Assembly (NCBI GenBank): GCA_002633005.1
Contig: NMRA01000256.1
Coordinates: 406,120 to 470,119 of the forward strand
DNA length: 64,000 nucleotides
From: Phoronis australis
Lineage: Eukaryota; Animalia; Phoronida
Direction of reading: 5' to 3'
Below the pieces are notes generated by a model, which did no database searches, was not told the DNA's origin, and saw only the letters and a list, made by a program, of their open reading frames with translations. The position numbers and the translations under genes are program-made. Of the stretch, positions 51,620 through 64,000 are shown piece by piece (position 1 is the first letter of the stretch; every line of letters begins with the position of its first letter).

Positions 51620-54026
51620 CTGAAGTTTGAAAAACAAATGGGTTACTATGGTGACTTCTTCCATTCTTGTGCTTCCTGTAAATCCTAAATTTAAAAGAAA
51701 ACTAATACACAACACGCTTACCTTAAATTGAAAACATGGCAACGTTTACCATTCAGAAACAGAAGCAGCGTTCTCCCTGTGTGAAATATTTTACACCATG
51801 TCAGGAAATCTTGAGCAATGATTGAAACAGGGCTATGAATGATCCATGACAAAAAAGGGGAAAATTTTCCAGGTGACGTATCGTTCAACAAAAAATAGGC
51901 TTATGCGATAGAAAGTTTTTGGTTTGCAAAATTTAGCTGCAAGAATTGTTTTTGGATGAATAAAGTCAAAACAATGATAAAAAAGAAACGGAAAAAGAGG
52001 AAACTGGAAATCAAATAACAGGAAAACGGAACGAAAAAACAATCCTCTAATAAAAGAGGAAAATTTCAAGCCCTGTTGAAATGCCTGAGTTACAAGACAA
52101 ATGGTTGAAATAGTGCGAACTTTTTATTGTTTTGCAGTGAAAATGACAGAGACAAGTCCATCATCTCGGTGTTCTCCACGACCGCTTTTAACATGTCCCA
52201 GCCACCTGCTGGGAGGCACTCACACCTGTTTAAATGTCCCCCAACCGGTTTAAAAATCCCGAGACTGGTTTAAAAATTAGCGACCAGTTTGTAAAAAAAG
52301 GGGGTGTCATCGTTAATAAGGTCTTCATTTGTTAAACGTACCGTTGTCAGCAACTGGCCATTGCCCATTGAAACTGAATAAAGGCTAAGTGGTCAGTTGT
52401 GGAAAGCCTTAATCAGCTATCCCTGTCAAGCAGCAGACTGAGGCTGTAGTCTATTTATGGGGTAATGCTACGTGTAAATAATCTCTCAATCATCTAGTCC
52501 TATGAAGTCAATTGAATTTAAACAAAGGCCCAGTGCCTCTTAAATGCCTAATCCACCACCTGCTCACTGGATGTGCAGTAGCGCACACAGGAAAGTCCCT
52601 TGCAGTCACCTTTTGTGTTCCCCAGACAACGTATCAAATAACCAGTTGAAAATAATAAAGGCTCAATAATCAGTTATAGGAAGTCTAACTAGTCAGCAAA
52701 GACACCATTGCCCAGGAGTTCATACATCTGCCATCTTTTGGGTGACTAGAATTTTATTTTCGTAGCACATTTTTCAATATTCCGTAGGCCCTGTGACACT
52801 GGTTGGCCTTACCAACAAAATTGTTAGACATGTCAACAAATCTTAGAATTGAAACGCTTTTGATGACTCTTATTGGTTATTGTCTGTGCATTGCTCACTT
52901 AAGACGAATATTATTGGTTATTTTTGGGGCATTTCTCAGTGTCATCAGCCCATTGATCAGGTTCATCTCCATTGCCTTATACGGAGTTTCGTTGGCAGCA
53001 TCAGCGTTATATGTGCGGTGCATACCTACTACGAAAACCTGCCAAGCTGTTCGCAACTCTACTTTGGTAGCGGCAGTGCGTGATGTCTGCGGTTTCGAGG
53101 GAGTAATTCTGGAATTTGGGACGGCAAGAGGTATCACTGGGTAAAGTTCAGAAATGTTTTGCTGCGAAAAAATGTAGCCAAAATCACATGCTCACATTGA
53201 AAACACATGGTAATATCTTGCAAAGTCTTGTGCGTGGTCCTTACATTATTGAACTCTACCCTGACTTCTGTTTCCCATTGATATGTGCATTTTACATACT
53301 TAGTAAAGTTACACAAAGGAGATTAGGATGCAAAACATGATGTGGAATATGCACAGTGTTTGAATTTTTGGATGACCTTGACAAGTTAACTTGATCATTA
53401 GTTTTACTGGTCTGTTTCCCATGGAGTTTAAGCCTGAACCAAGAGCAGCCTTATGCTTGCAATGAGGCCACAAGATGACACAGCAACAAGATGATCTGGT
53501 ACAAGACGAGTGAAGTGACCATGTGGACACAACTTAAAACTAGTGTAACTTACCCCAACTTATGGAGGTAGAACAAGTCAAATCCTGTGAGTTCCACGGT
53601 GTTCATTTTGCAACAGATGTGGCAGTACATTAGGTGGTTTTAATTAGTGAAACAGACGCGACCAAATATGCCATGGGCAAATAGCAAATGGCAGATCATC
53701 TTGGAAACTAGTTTCCATAGATAATGGAAATAATTATTTGATTGTAACAGAAGAAATAGACACACAGACAATAAATTTCAAAACTATGTAAACATGACAG
53801 TTAAAGGAGTGATTTGAGAAAATTCATGGCACTAATACCATGGGTGCGCATAACACTGTTTCCAGGTCCCTATGTTCCCCCATCCCAAGTTCTATAACAG
53901 AGCTACCAAAGGACGATATTTTGAAACATTGTGGGCATTCACAGCAATGTTAGAATCCCTCGAAATATTAATTAGTTTTGTTTGAAATTGTTGAGACTTA
54001 CCATAACTAATTTTGTATTTACTTAC

Positions 54027-54218
54027 AAATTTTGCCTGTATTCTTCTCCAAATAAGCAGACTTATTTTGCACTACCAGTAGCCCGTCTTCTGGTTCGATG
54101 TAGATTGAACCAATACGTAGATTATCAGAAAAGTGATATTCAGGGGGAATGTCAGAACGCTTATAGACTTTAAGCTGTGGAATTTTCTTTAGTATTCTGT
54201 ATATCTCCTCGCTGTGGA
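54027..54218 (-). CDS. ENPP5: ENPP4/5-like, coding exon 2 (192 nt)
   Basis: Acceptor ctttcag|TC joins exon 1 in frame (G+TC=Val). Encodes VYKRSDIPPEYHFSDNLRIGSI, typical of NPPs. Donor T|GTAAGT, phase 1. Confidence 0.9.
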
Positions 54219-54290
54219 CTGAAAGTGTAAAAGATTGAAATAAGCAATGAGGCAAAAAAGTAAGACAAGCTCAGATCACAAAATAACTCA

Positions 54291-54445
54291 CATGGATTTC
54301 TTAAAAGGGGGTTCAGATCAAGGATTTTTTTAAAAAGGGCGTCCAAGTCAACAATTTGAAAATTCTAGATTTGATATCACTAAAATCATGGGAAAAAGGG
54401 GGTGGGTCTGGACCCCTTGACCCCCCTGGCCTGGATCCGCCTATG
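54291..54445. mobile_element. MITE in ENPP intron 1, CAT..ATG termini, 5-bp TSD ACTCA
   Basis: TSD at 54286-54290 and 54446-54450; right end ggatccgcctatg resembles 25050-25207. Confidence 0.65.
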
Positions 54446-55744
54446 ACTCATACTACAAACCTTACCAAATTTTACACAAATGACCTATGGAAAAGAAACC
54501 TCAACAGAAAGTCAGACATGCATCTAGACAACTACTGAGGAAGTCAGTTTTGCCTGACTGGACTAATTAGAGAAAGAAAAAACAAAACCCGCAGCAATTC
54601 CCAGAAATGTAATCAGGAAGTTTAGATCACATCACCCCATTAAGTTGTCTATTTTCTGACAAAATTCCCTACCACAGAGATACACTTTGAAATTCAAACA
54701 CTACGAAAGCCTTCATTTTTTAACTACATGCAAATTTCTAAAAATGATACTTTTAAGGTTTTTGCAGAAGATGGACAAATTTTTGTTTACCTGACTTATC
54801 TTCTCTAGAACTGCATTAGGATTAATGAGTTAAAATATTCAATTGTCCAAGAAATCCTATGAAAGGCGAGGTTCATAAAAATAACCCCAACGAAAGAATG
54901 GTGTTTATAGAACTGAGAACCATGTGAATAAGTGATTTTTTCATGGAAGCTCCTGTCACAAATGTGCCCATTTTTACAAGCTCATTCTCTCGCTACGTGA
55001 CCCATCAAAATAGAACTACTGTATTCATCTTTGAAATGATCAGTGAGCAAAACAAAATCTGACACAAAACTAAATCTGACACAAAATTAATGTCTTAAAT
55101 TTTGTCTTTTGCTCACTTTTTACCCACATCATTCCTAAGCTGTGTATTGGCGAAAACAGACAATGGCTAACAGATGTTGCTCTATTTTATAGCGCTCAAA
55201 ACGGTCGCTTGTGATCACTCAAAAAATTACAGAATAATGGATTAGCAGCACTGTATTCATACCGCTAACAAAGTTAGTTTTCTCAAGGGAGAGTATAGAT
55301 CAGATTAAAACAGGACTGTGAACTGAAAAAGTGAGCTTTGCTTAAATTGACAACTTTGTACCAACATTGTTCACGAGCTTTGCTTTGACATTCACATTAG
55401 ACGTAGAAAAGGAAATGCAAGACATCTGTTTCATGCACATTTTGAGTTTCAACATTTTGGCTAACAGTCCCAGGGCATATCAAATAACGACAATGACACA
55501 CAGCAGTACAAAGTCAGTGATAGTAATTAGTAATTAATGAAGACACTGTTGCACTCTAACATTGGAGAGAGCAACAAACCCACAGCTACATAGCATGCTT
55601 GTTGTCTGGAAAATATAGCAAAAATGGATATTGTAGTATTTTAAGGAGTCTTTAAAATGTTCTTAACAAAATATTAAACAAAATTTGCATGTTTTGCATA
55701 CAACATTTTATATAAATATCTCAAGCTTGTGATCTGAAATTTAC

Positions 55745-56591
55745 CTCCGTGGGGATATATGGAACCTTCTAATAGTTCATACCAAGACCGTGGCAGGAAG
55801 TTGTCCAAGTCAATACAGTTCACATGAGGATCAACCATTGTCCTCATTCCATGATCCGATAATATAACAACATTAACTCTATAATCCAAGTGTTTTTCCT
55901 TCAGTTTTTGCATTAACAAGCCTAAGCTATTATCTAACACTCCAACTATCTGGGAAACTTCTTTTGAATCTGGACCAAACTTATGCCCAATTATGTCGGG
56001 TTCTTCAAAATAAAGTACACCAAGATTAATTTCATCTTCATCAAACCAGGTAACCACTTGTTCAATCCGATCTGCATAAGACGTGAAATTTTCATGAAGA
56101 CTTTTGTGAAAAGAAGGTAGAATATTTTGCACAGGTGCTCCACAGCCAGGCCAGAAATAGACTCCTGATTGGTGGTCACAGTCTTGCTTCTGATTGGTCA
56201 CCCAGATTGGTTCTGCTGCTGCAAACCATTTGCTTTCGAGTGTTTGGGTGGATTCTAAGTCTAAACCATCGTCTTGGTAAGCAACAAATTTCCCCAGTTT
56301 CGGATCGATAAATGCATTTCCAACCATTCCATGGCTTTCAACAAATAATCCCGTTACGATACTCCAGTGATTTGGAAATGTTATCGAGGGGTAGCTGGGC
56401 TTCATGCGTCCCAGAACGCCTTCATTGAGGAGTTTGTTGAAATTGGGCGTTTTCACTCCATGCTTTGCTGCAATCTCTAAGTAATCCCATCTAAAACCAT
56501 CCAAGGAAATTATTAGAGCCAGTGGCTCGTCTGTGTGGCCTACACACAAAGACCAGGCAGTTACATGGAAAAAGAACTGAAGAAGATGCAT
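55745..56591 (-). CDS. ENPP5: ENPP4/5-like ectonucleotide pyrophosphatase/phosphodiesterase, coding exon 1 (847 nt)
   Basis: Signal peptide, then alkaline-phosphatase-superfamily NPP motifs ISLDGFRWDY, PSITFPNHWSIVTGL (catalytic Thr71), WPG, LYFEEPDIIGH and SDHG. Donor GAG|GTAAAT after 55745, phase 1. ENPP4 versus ENPP5 orthology cannot be resolved from the sequence alone. Confidence 0.93.
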
Positions 56592-58632
56592 AGCAAACTA
56601 AAACACAGACTTTAAACTTCAGCAAAGGAAGTACATCAATTTATTATCTCCTTTTCCCAAGAGTTGATCGCTGCGACATCTACCAGGCTAAGCCGCAGTT
56701 TCTGTCTCAACGACAAGACGGCTCATCTCAATAGGGGTCAGTATTGATCACACAAACGAGGTCAAACTTTCAAACGGGGTCCTCTCTCGGACGGACTGGC
56801 AGCTTAGGACAATTGTCCCTGTGCTCCTCGGTCGCCTATAAATCTGTCATTGTTACCTGTTCACAATATAGGTGCAAGAAAATCAGAGAATAGGTCATGT
56901 GAAGTATAGAGGGCCCAAACAACAAAAATATGTGATTGTATCTAGAAATCCATTATTGTATCGAATTAAAAAAAAGCAAAAACAGTAGCACTGACTGCCA
57001 TCTAATGATATGAAGAACTTCCAGATCACTATCTGTGAATTACACCTCTTACCGGTGGTTTTGCGGTAGCTGACCGATAAAATATCAAAGATCGTTCGAT
57101 GAAGAGGAAGACATGTAACCCAAACAGCCAACTGGAGTGAATCAGAATTCACGTTAAAGAGGCATGGAACTCGAAAACTCGTAAAAATAAATTTTAAATA
57201 GATCGTGGAGAGTCTACTTCTTTGGTGATGCTAACGTGAGTGAAATTCATTTTGAATATTGCGCGAAATTTTAGAAAACATGTCAGATTCACTATTTTTG
57301 AAACACGGGCGAAAAAAAACTCTTTTATCCCAATACATGTCTCAAATTCTGCCCCCTAATACATCACATTCTCCATATAAAGGAAATGTGCAACACCTAT
57401 ATTTTGCAATGCCAAATAAGGAGACGTGCTTTGGCGTATGAGAGAAAAATCGACGAAGTGACAAGNATTCCATGGCTTTCAACAAATAATCCCGTTACGA
57501 TACTCCAGTGATTTGGAAATGTTATCGAGGGGTAGCTGGGCTTCATGCGTCCCAGAACGCCTTCATTGAGGAGTTTGTTGAAATTGGGCGTTTTCACTCC
57601 ATGCTTTGCTGCAATCTCTAAGTAATCCCATCTAAAACCATCCAAGGAAATTATTAGAGCCAGTGGCTCGTCTGTGTGGCCTACACACAAAGACCAGGCA
57701 GTTACATGGAAACAGAACTGAAGAAGATGCATAGCAAACTAAAACACAGACTTTAAACTTCAGCAAAGGAAGTACATCAATTTATTATCTCCTTTTCCCA
57801 AGAGTTGATCGCTGCGACATCTACCAGGCTAAGCCGCAGTTCATTGGCTACTTCTGTCTCGACGACAAGACGGCTCATCTCAATAGGGGTCAGTATTGAT
57901 CACACAAACGAGGTCAAACTTTCAAACGGGGTCCTCTCTCGGACGGACTGGAAGCTCAGGACAATTGTCCCTGTGCTCCTCGGTCGCCTATAAATCTGTC
58001 ATTTTTACCTGTTCACAATATAGGTGCAAGAAAATCAGAGAATAGGTCATGTGAAGTATAGAGGGCCCAAACAACAAAAATGTGATTGTATCTAGAAATC
58101 CATTATTGTTTCGAATTAAAAAAAAGCAAAAACAGTAGCACTGACTGCCATCTAATGATATGAAGAACTTCCAGATCACTATCTGTGAATTACACTTCTT
58201 ACCGGTGGTTTTTCTGTAGCTGACCGATAAACTTTCAAAGATCGTTATGATTAAAGCATTTTCGATGAAGAGGAAGACATGTAACCCAAACAGCCAACTG
58301 GAGTGAATCAGAATTCACGTTAAAGAGGCATGGAACTCGAAAACTCGTAAAAATAAATTTTAAATAGATCGTGGAGAGTCTACTTCTTGGTGATGCTAAC
58401 GTGAGTGAAATTCATTTTGAATATTGCGCGAAATTTTAGAAAACATGTCAGATTCACTATTTTTGAAACACGGGCGAAAAAAAAACCTCTTTTATCCCAA
58501 TACAGGTCTCAAATTCTGCGCCCTAATACATCACATTCTCCGTATAAAGGAAATGTGCAAAACCTATATTTTGCAATGCCAAATAAGGAGACGTGCTTTG
58601 CCGTATGAGAGAAAAATCGACGAAGTGACAAG
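56326..58632. repeat. Direct duplication 56326-57465 / 57467-58632 separated by one N
   Basis: Copies align end to end with scattered SNPs and small indels; copy 2 has extra sequence near 57841 and 58247. Confidence 0.9.
57467..57732 (-). other. Second, truncated copy of ENPP exon 1 5' part (likely alternate haplotype)
   Basis: Near-identical to 56326-56591, with F7C in the signal peptide. Cut exactly at the N at 57466. Confidence 0.85.
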
Positions 58633-59418
58633 CAGCTGACAAAACGTGAAACTACCTGGTGAACATTTGATTTTTGTTTCAAAGGCAGAGAGCCACTTTG
58701 AATAATACAATTTAGACTGTTTTTCACGTTCTATGCCATTTTATTACGAATGTCGATTCTGAAAATTTCTTGAGTGAGGACCCAAGACCCTCGTGGGCCA
58801 TTGGATGACCTACAGGTTGCCCGTCAAATTGCTGCATACAATGAATTACGGATGTGAAAAAGGTCTTGCAAGTTTGCAATAAAGTTTATGTAAGGCCGGC
58901 CCTGGAAAAACTTCCAAAACTTTGGAACATCGTCTCTCAGAAAGGGCTGATTGGAATATCGCATGTCAGAAAGGGAAAATTGAACTGATATGCAACTTAC
59001 AAATACGTTTCTTTATGGACTGTTCTCCAACACGATGTTAGGAATCATTGTTTTTAGAAAGTTCTCCCTTTGCATGAGGGATTATCAAAAATAGGACATT
59101 TGTGAACCAGGGTCACAAAATGAGTCTTCAACACGAATTTGCCATTTCTTTATTGTTATTTTTTCTGAAAATACAGTATTCATTGATAATTTTAGTATAT
59201 GAAACATTATGTCCTTACCTTAACAATTGGCCGATATATTGCCCTCTTTAGTCGGGAGAAAGCGAAAAATTAGAGCTTACAAAAGTTTAGGAAAATGGCC
59301 GAGAAAAAGTTACATTTACCGAAGAAATTACATATTCTACGGTTCCTTACACTCTCCCAAGAAAGGTTCAATCTGCCATTCACTAAGAGCAGATGAGACG
59401 ATTACTCTCTGCCGAGAA

Positions 59419-59714
59419 GGACATTTGTAACGTTGGTAGGTCTTTGATTTGGTCGTGTTGTACTTTTTACTGTTTTTGGCTTTCAAACTTGCCGAGTCGA
59501 CTCTCTTAATTGCAAAAGAAAACAGGGAAAAGCCAGCCCCACTCGTTGGCCATGCAAGTCAGGGCTTGTTGCATGTTCAGATTGAGTTGAGCTTGTGTAA
59601 ACTGTTTCGAGGGGGTTCTGGCCGTGATGGGGTCGTGAGTCGAGGGGGTCATGGGAGGTCGCGGGTTGTGGGCTGTGGGAGTGGAGGGGATCGAGGGGTT
59701 TTTAAAACAATCCC
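59419..59714 (-). repeat. Partial inverted copy of the 40691-41507 MITE left arm
   Basis: Reverse complement aligns with about 40691-40970. Confidence 0.7.
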
Positions 59715-60679
59715 AAAAATCTTGAAGGAAATCAGACGAAAAAGAACACCGAATTATGAAGACAAAACTTAAAAGTTTCACGAAACAAAACCGAAATGAT
59801 TTTTCACAAAACATGATGATCAGCTTTTTCGAGATCTCATCTTGAACATTTGTATCAACTAATATTTAACCATCTTATTGATAGTGTTTTTTGTTACACA
59901 CATACCTTTAGTTTTACATTTTACTAAAAAGACATGGTCACGTGACTCAGTTAACAGTAGATTAGTAAAAAGTCAAAACTTACACTATACATACTTTCTG
60001 GCTACATTCGGAGAATTTATCCGATTACTGACTGAGTTAAAATCTGCAGTTTTGTTGATATCAATAAGGTCCTGCAAAAGACACACTCAAATTTCACAAG
60101 TTTTGGAAGCGCCGGTGAAATTCAAGGTAAGGTTGATGCAGTTGAGGCAGATCTACATCGGTTGCCTCTCAGGAGAGTGACCTAACTGGAACTCGGAGGG
60201 CACCTATATTTCGACACCGGATTTCACTTTGAAAGAGCCCCCAGGAAAGTCGTACAGGGGACTTCAGAATCGCGCACACTCAAAGTTTACCATCAAAGCA
60301 TGGCCCAAATAAAGAGAACTTTTGTCAAAATGGATGCAAATAAAATGCATTGTGAACTTATGCCTTATTTTTACTCTCCGAAATATACGAACCGTAGTAA
60401 TTAAGGTTTCCGCTGAGATAGTGTTCCGTCTAGTGCTCTGTTCCGAGGTGATGTTTTTTCTCTACACATTACTTCAGAATTCGCAGCCCGTGTTAGGAGT
60501 TTACTCTTACCGTACGGATGGCATGTCTCTAAACAAGAAAATAATATTCTTGTAACGGCAAACCAACTGAAAACAAAAGTATTGACCACAAGTTCACGGA
60601 CTGAGCACAATCATGCCGTTCCAAAAATGTTGTGATGACGAGAAATCATCAGGGTTCCTCTAGATACATTTGCTTTCAT

Positions 60680-61097
60680 CAGTGCTGTAGTGGGGCGTAG
60701 GCACACGTAGGCGCAGCCAACCACCTTCTGACATTTGAACTTAGCGCCTACCCACCGTAAGCATGCGCGCACCCAGCTTAAAATATAGGGGGCTCGAATT
60801 TTTCGATATGCGGACCCTTTCAACTGAAAAAAATTAACGAGGATTAAAAAAAACGGGGCTACTTGGGTCAGGCCTGCGAATTGTGCATCCGCGCCGAATT
60901 CCTATGGACTTTGTAGACTTTTGTGTCGTTTGCACGGATTTTCTGTTTCATTGAGGCGGAAACTTTTGCTCAATTCGCCAAATTGGGGGGATCTTTTGAG
61001 CCCCCCCAAGCCCCCCCTGGGTGCGCCCATGGTAAGTTACCTTCAGTGCTCAGGCTTTGGGCGCCTACTTACCTCTAATTTTGCCACTACAGCACTG
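60680..61097. mobile_element. hAT-like MITE, 14-bp TIR CAGTGCTGTAGTGG, 8-bp TSD
   Basis: Perfect TIR; flanks gctttcat / gttttcat (7/8). Confidence 0.75.
60762..61031. mobile_element. MITE, 15-bp TIR CATG(C/G)GCGCACCCAG, 5-bp TSD GTAAG, nested in a hAT-like MITE
   Basis: TSD at 60757-60761 and 61032-61036; TIR matches 14/15. Confidence 0.8.
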
Positions 61098-61205
61098 GTT
61101 TTCATTTTCTAAAAGTTTGATGGAGGCCCGTGAAGTCTGTTTTACTGATATATTCTTTGCAAACGACGCTGTTGGAGATCGATAGGCAAATTCACGCATA
61201 CAGTC

Positions 61206-61279
61206 TCGCTGGTTCCCTGCGTGCTTAGCCCAGCCAGCACGGCTACTGCCCCACCTAGCGGCACGCAGGGAACCAGCGA
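61206..61279. repeat. 74-bp hairpin element with 19-bp perfect arms
   Basis: tcgctggttccctgcgtgc / gcacgcagggaaccagcga; related copy at about 3871-3925. Confidence 0.75.
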
Positions 61280-61499
61280 CCGCATACAGTTTGCCCATTT
61301 TCGACAAACTAAAGGTGGCATTGAATAGTTGGACTGCGGCCGCGGCCAATTTGCACTGCCAAAATATTGAAATTTTGGGGTAGGTCAAGTTTGGGGGCAT
61401 TTTGTACATGGGCATTGCACGTAGGCTCAGTGAATGTGGTTTGTTTGTATTTGTGAACATGCTGTGAATAAAAAAGGCCACTTTCTTGGCTGTAGCTGC

Positions 61500-61535
61500 A
61501 CTCTTCTTAAAGATGGCGGCCCCCTGCTGCAATTG
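61500..61535. promoter_or_regulatory. Candidate YY1 site (AAGATGGCGGC) overlapping a CTCF-like site, upstream of the ENPP gene
   Basis: Motif match only: aagatggcggc at 61510-61520; minus strand reads gcagcagggggccgc. Confidence 0.3.
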
Positions 61536-64000
61536 TGCATTGTTAGGTAGCGACCGAGAAATTGGCTGTGGTTTTAGCTAGCCCTCAAACAAGCATGAAT
61601 TGCCAAAAAACTAGTTGGTTGACAGTACTTGGACCACATTTTCGGAATCGGTAGGAAATTTGCTTTCAGAATCTAATGTTGGCTTTAGTCGTGCATCGGC
61701 AGGGAACTGGTGTTTTTTGGGTGAAAAGTGCCGATTTTGCATTTTTTGGACTTTTTTCTTAGTCTAGCTTGGTTTTCAGTGGGAATGAAATGGTCAAAAA
61801 TACAAGAAAGAATAAAGTTTCTGTGCTCATCTGCTGGGCTTTTTATGTGAAATAATTGAAAACATGCCATTCTTTGCATCCTCATGTTTTTGACAGAGTG
61901 AAGAAAAGGTGACAAATCAAGTGACGTGTGTTTTGCTGGGCAAAACCCAGTGAGAACTGTTCTGTGCCTCCAAAGGCCAAATAGCCGAGCGCCCTCTGTT
62001 GAGGCAGCCGTCTAATAAATATTAGCTGTCTCCTTAAGCGACGACAGAAGGCAGGATCGCCAGAACTCGCGAAACTGTCAGGGGGCTTAGCTCCCACCAA
62101 GTACTCGACATCATCAAGTACCTCACTCGTCCATGGTTTCATCGTTAACTCGCCGTATTACAAAACTACAATTAAAAGGGTTCCACACAAAACCATCAGC
62201 CCAAATTTGTTCCAAAGGTGGCGTAGCGTACAAGTTTGGTCAAATATGATTACGTACTAGGTTTATTATTACTTCGACAGGACTGACTTAATTCATAAAC
62301 CCAAGTTCAGAACAAGTGTCGAACTTTTGTTTTAGACATCTTACCACTTATCGCTATCAAATTGATGTCAACTAGTTCCTTTCTCAGGTAAGAGGTGATT
62401 ACTGGGTTTACAAATAATTCGCAATTGTTTCTTGAAACCATACACATTCGCCACATAAAATGACACCGTCGCATCTCGTTAAGCCTTGTGTCCGTCAATA
62501 ACGACTTAGAACTGTCAGATTTTTCAAAGCCCTGAAATTACCTACACTTTGACTAATAAACAATTTGAGACCAATTTCGTAAGCCGATTAAGTGGACTAA
62601 ATTCCTTTTTCGTGACGCAAAGCGGGTTTATTGACGCTACAATAAATGTGTAAATTCAGTTCTTAGGTTTTGTATCGTCAAGATAAGTTTGCAAATGAAT
62701 ATTACATGCATTTTATATTCACACACACACGCACACGCACACATATGTATACATGTATATACTTTGTCGTCTTGTTAGAAACGTTGACTTGTAAGAGGTT
62801 AATTTGATAACAAAACATGTTATGACAGACGTTTTCACAGTACCCCTGCAACTGAAACTGCAATGACGGCAGAGGCTATGAAAAAACTTTGCCTTTCCTT
62901 TGATAGTATAAAATAACCGATAGGAAATAAATGAAATATTTCCTACACATATTAATTTCGAGTGCCGTCTAAAGGTTGGGAAGGTACACAAGCAAGAGAT
63001 AAGAATCGACAACGGGGATACACGCGCGATAGGAAGCTAGCGGACACAATATTTTTCCAATGATGTTTCATTTTGTCATGTTGATGGTTTTGGGACAAAA
63101 ATTGATAAAAACTGTTGATATGTAGTCTTTTCCTTGTGTATTTTTGTGCTTAAATAATTTTTAAAAGCTCTTAGAACAACACGAAAAGCACATAGAGACA
63201 AACCGTTTTATTGGATGTGCAAGTACATGTACAAAGCAAACGTGCAATTGCCGACCACAAACATATAAGTATATATCTTAGATAACAGAACAAAGATTTT
63301 CTAGTTAAAAAGGCATCTCTCTGACAATTCTTCTAAATAAATTAAAATTAGGACTGCTGCTTTATAAACTGCTGCGCTAACAATCAAGGTGAGGAGCGTT
63401 CCGGACGCATTCCGCAGACGCAAGACATTTGCCAGTAAAGCTAGCGTGATCACCTGCTCCCCTTGCAAAGCATGACGTTATTATCTAGCGAAGACTTGCG
63501 CGACCTGGCTTTTCTCGCCAGAAACTTGCTCTACGGAGCGCAGCTCGTTATCAACTGCACAAAATTACAACTTTTTGTGCCAGAACCTTTGGACGTATTT
63601 GTACCCTTAAAGAGTTCTTCACTTACTCTATTTAGACTACGCGCTCGGCCATTTCCGAAATAATGTGTTTTTTTCAAAGAAAATTTATTACTCAAGCGTT
63701 TTACATAAAGGCGTATGCGCCCAAGCTTTTTTTTTGGCACAGGCGGCTATGGTCAATTGTTGATACCTTTCATTAAACACACTGAAGTTAGTGTTTAATT
63801 GAAAACATCAATGTCCACCATTATGTAACAGATGGGTTGTCAAGTTTCGGTAACGAAATATACTAGAAATTTTAACTTCCGCAACTTATTCACGTGTTTC
63901 ACAAATATAGGAGAGCGCTTAGTTCCCAATACACGTCATCCCAGGTACACGCACACACACAGGCTCACGCACACATATGGTTCCTGAATAATACCGACTT

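Noticed and set aside
55674-55744. C-terminal 23 aa of the 305-aa ORF
   Set aside because: Read-through into intron 1; splicing at 55745 gives the in-frame NPP continuation.
61513-61581. ATG GCG GCC start of a divergent plus-strand gene
   Set aside because: The frame closes after about 22 codons with no convincing donor or downstream exon.
1-64000. tRNA, rRNA or snRNA genes
   Set aside because: No convincing cloverleaf or conserved signature seen by eye; tRNAscan-SE/Infernal would be needed to exclude them.

Overview
AT-rich, repeat-dense eukaryotic DNA, not prokaryotic. It has GT-AG introns, microsatellites, decayed LINEs and many MITEs; a marine invertebrate source is my inference only. 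One host gene is supported: a minus-strand ENPP4/5-like ectonucleotide pyrophosphatase/phosphodiesterase with 4 coding exons (56591-55745, 54218-54027, 51619-51377, 51040-50841; 493 aa). Its 5' part is repeated across a single-N join at 57466, probably two uncollapsed haplotypes. The rest is a mosaic of mobile DNA. The main elements are an internally deleted Kolobok-type transposon (31533-33225) with convergent THAP-transposase and KolX-like ORFs, a Helentron-type HINE (48889-50177) carrying eight co-oriented CTCF-like motifs about 145 bp apart, and a Penelope-type inverted repeat with hammerhead-ribozyme cores (11710-11996). There is also a perfect 98-bp-arm palindrome (14752-14968), several nested MITE families with 4, 5, 6, 8 and 9-bp TSDs, LINE remnants and minisatellites. 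Most short ORFs in the track look spurious. All coordinates were read by eye and no searches were run.
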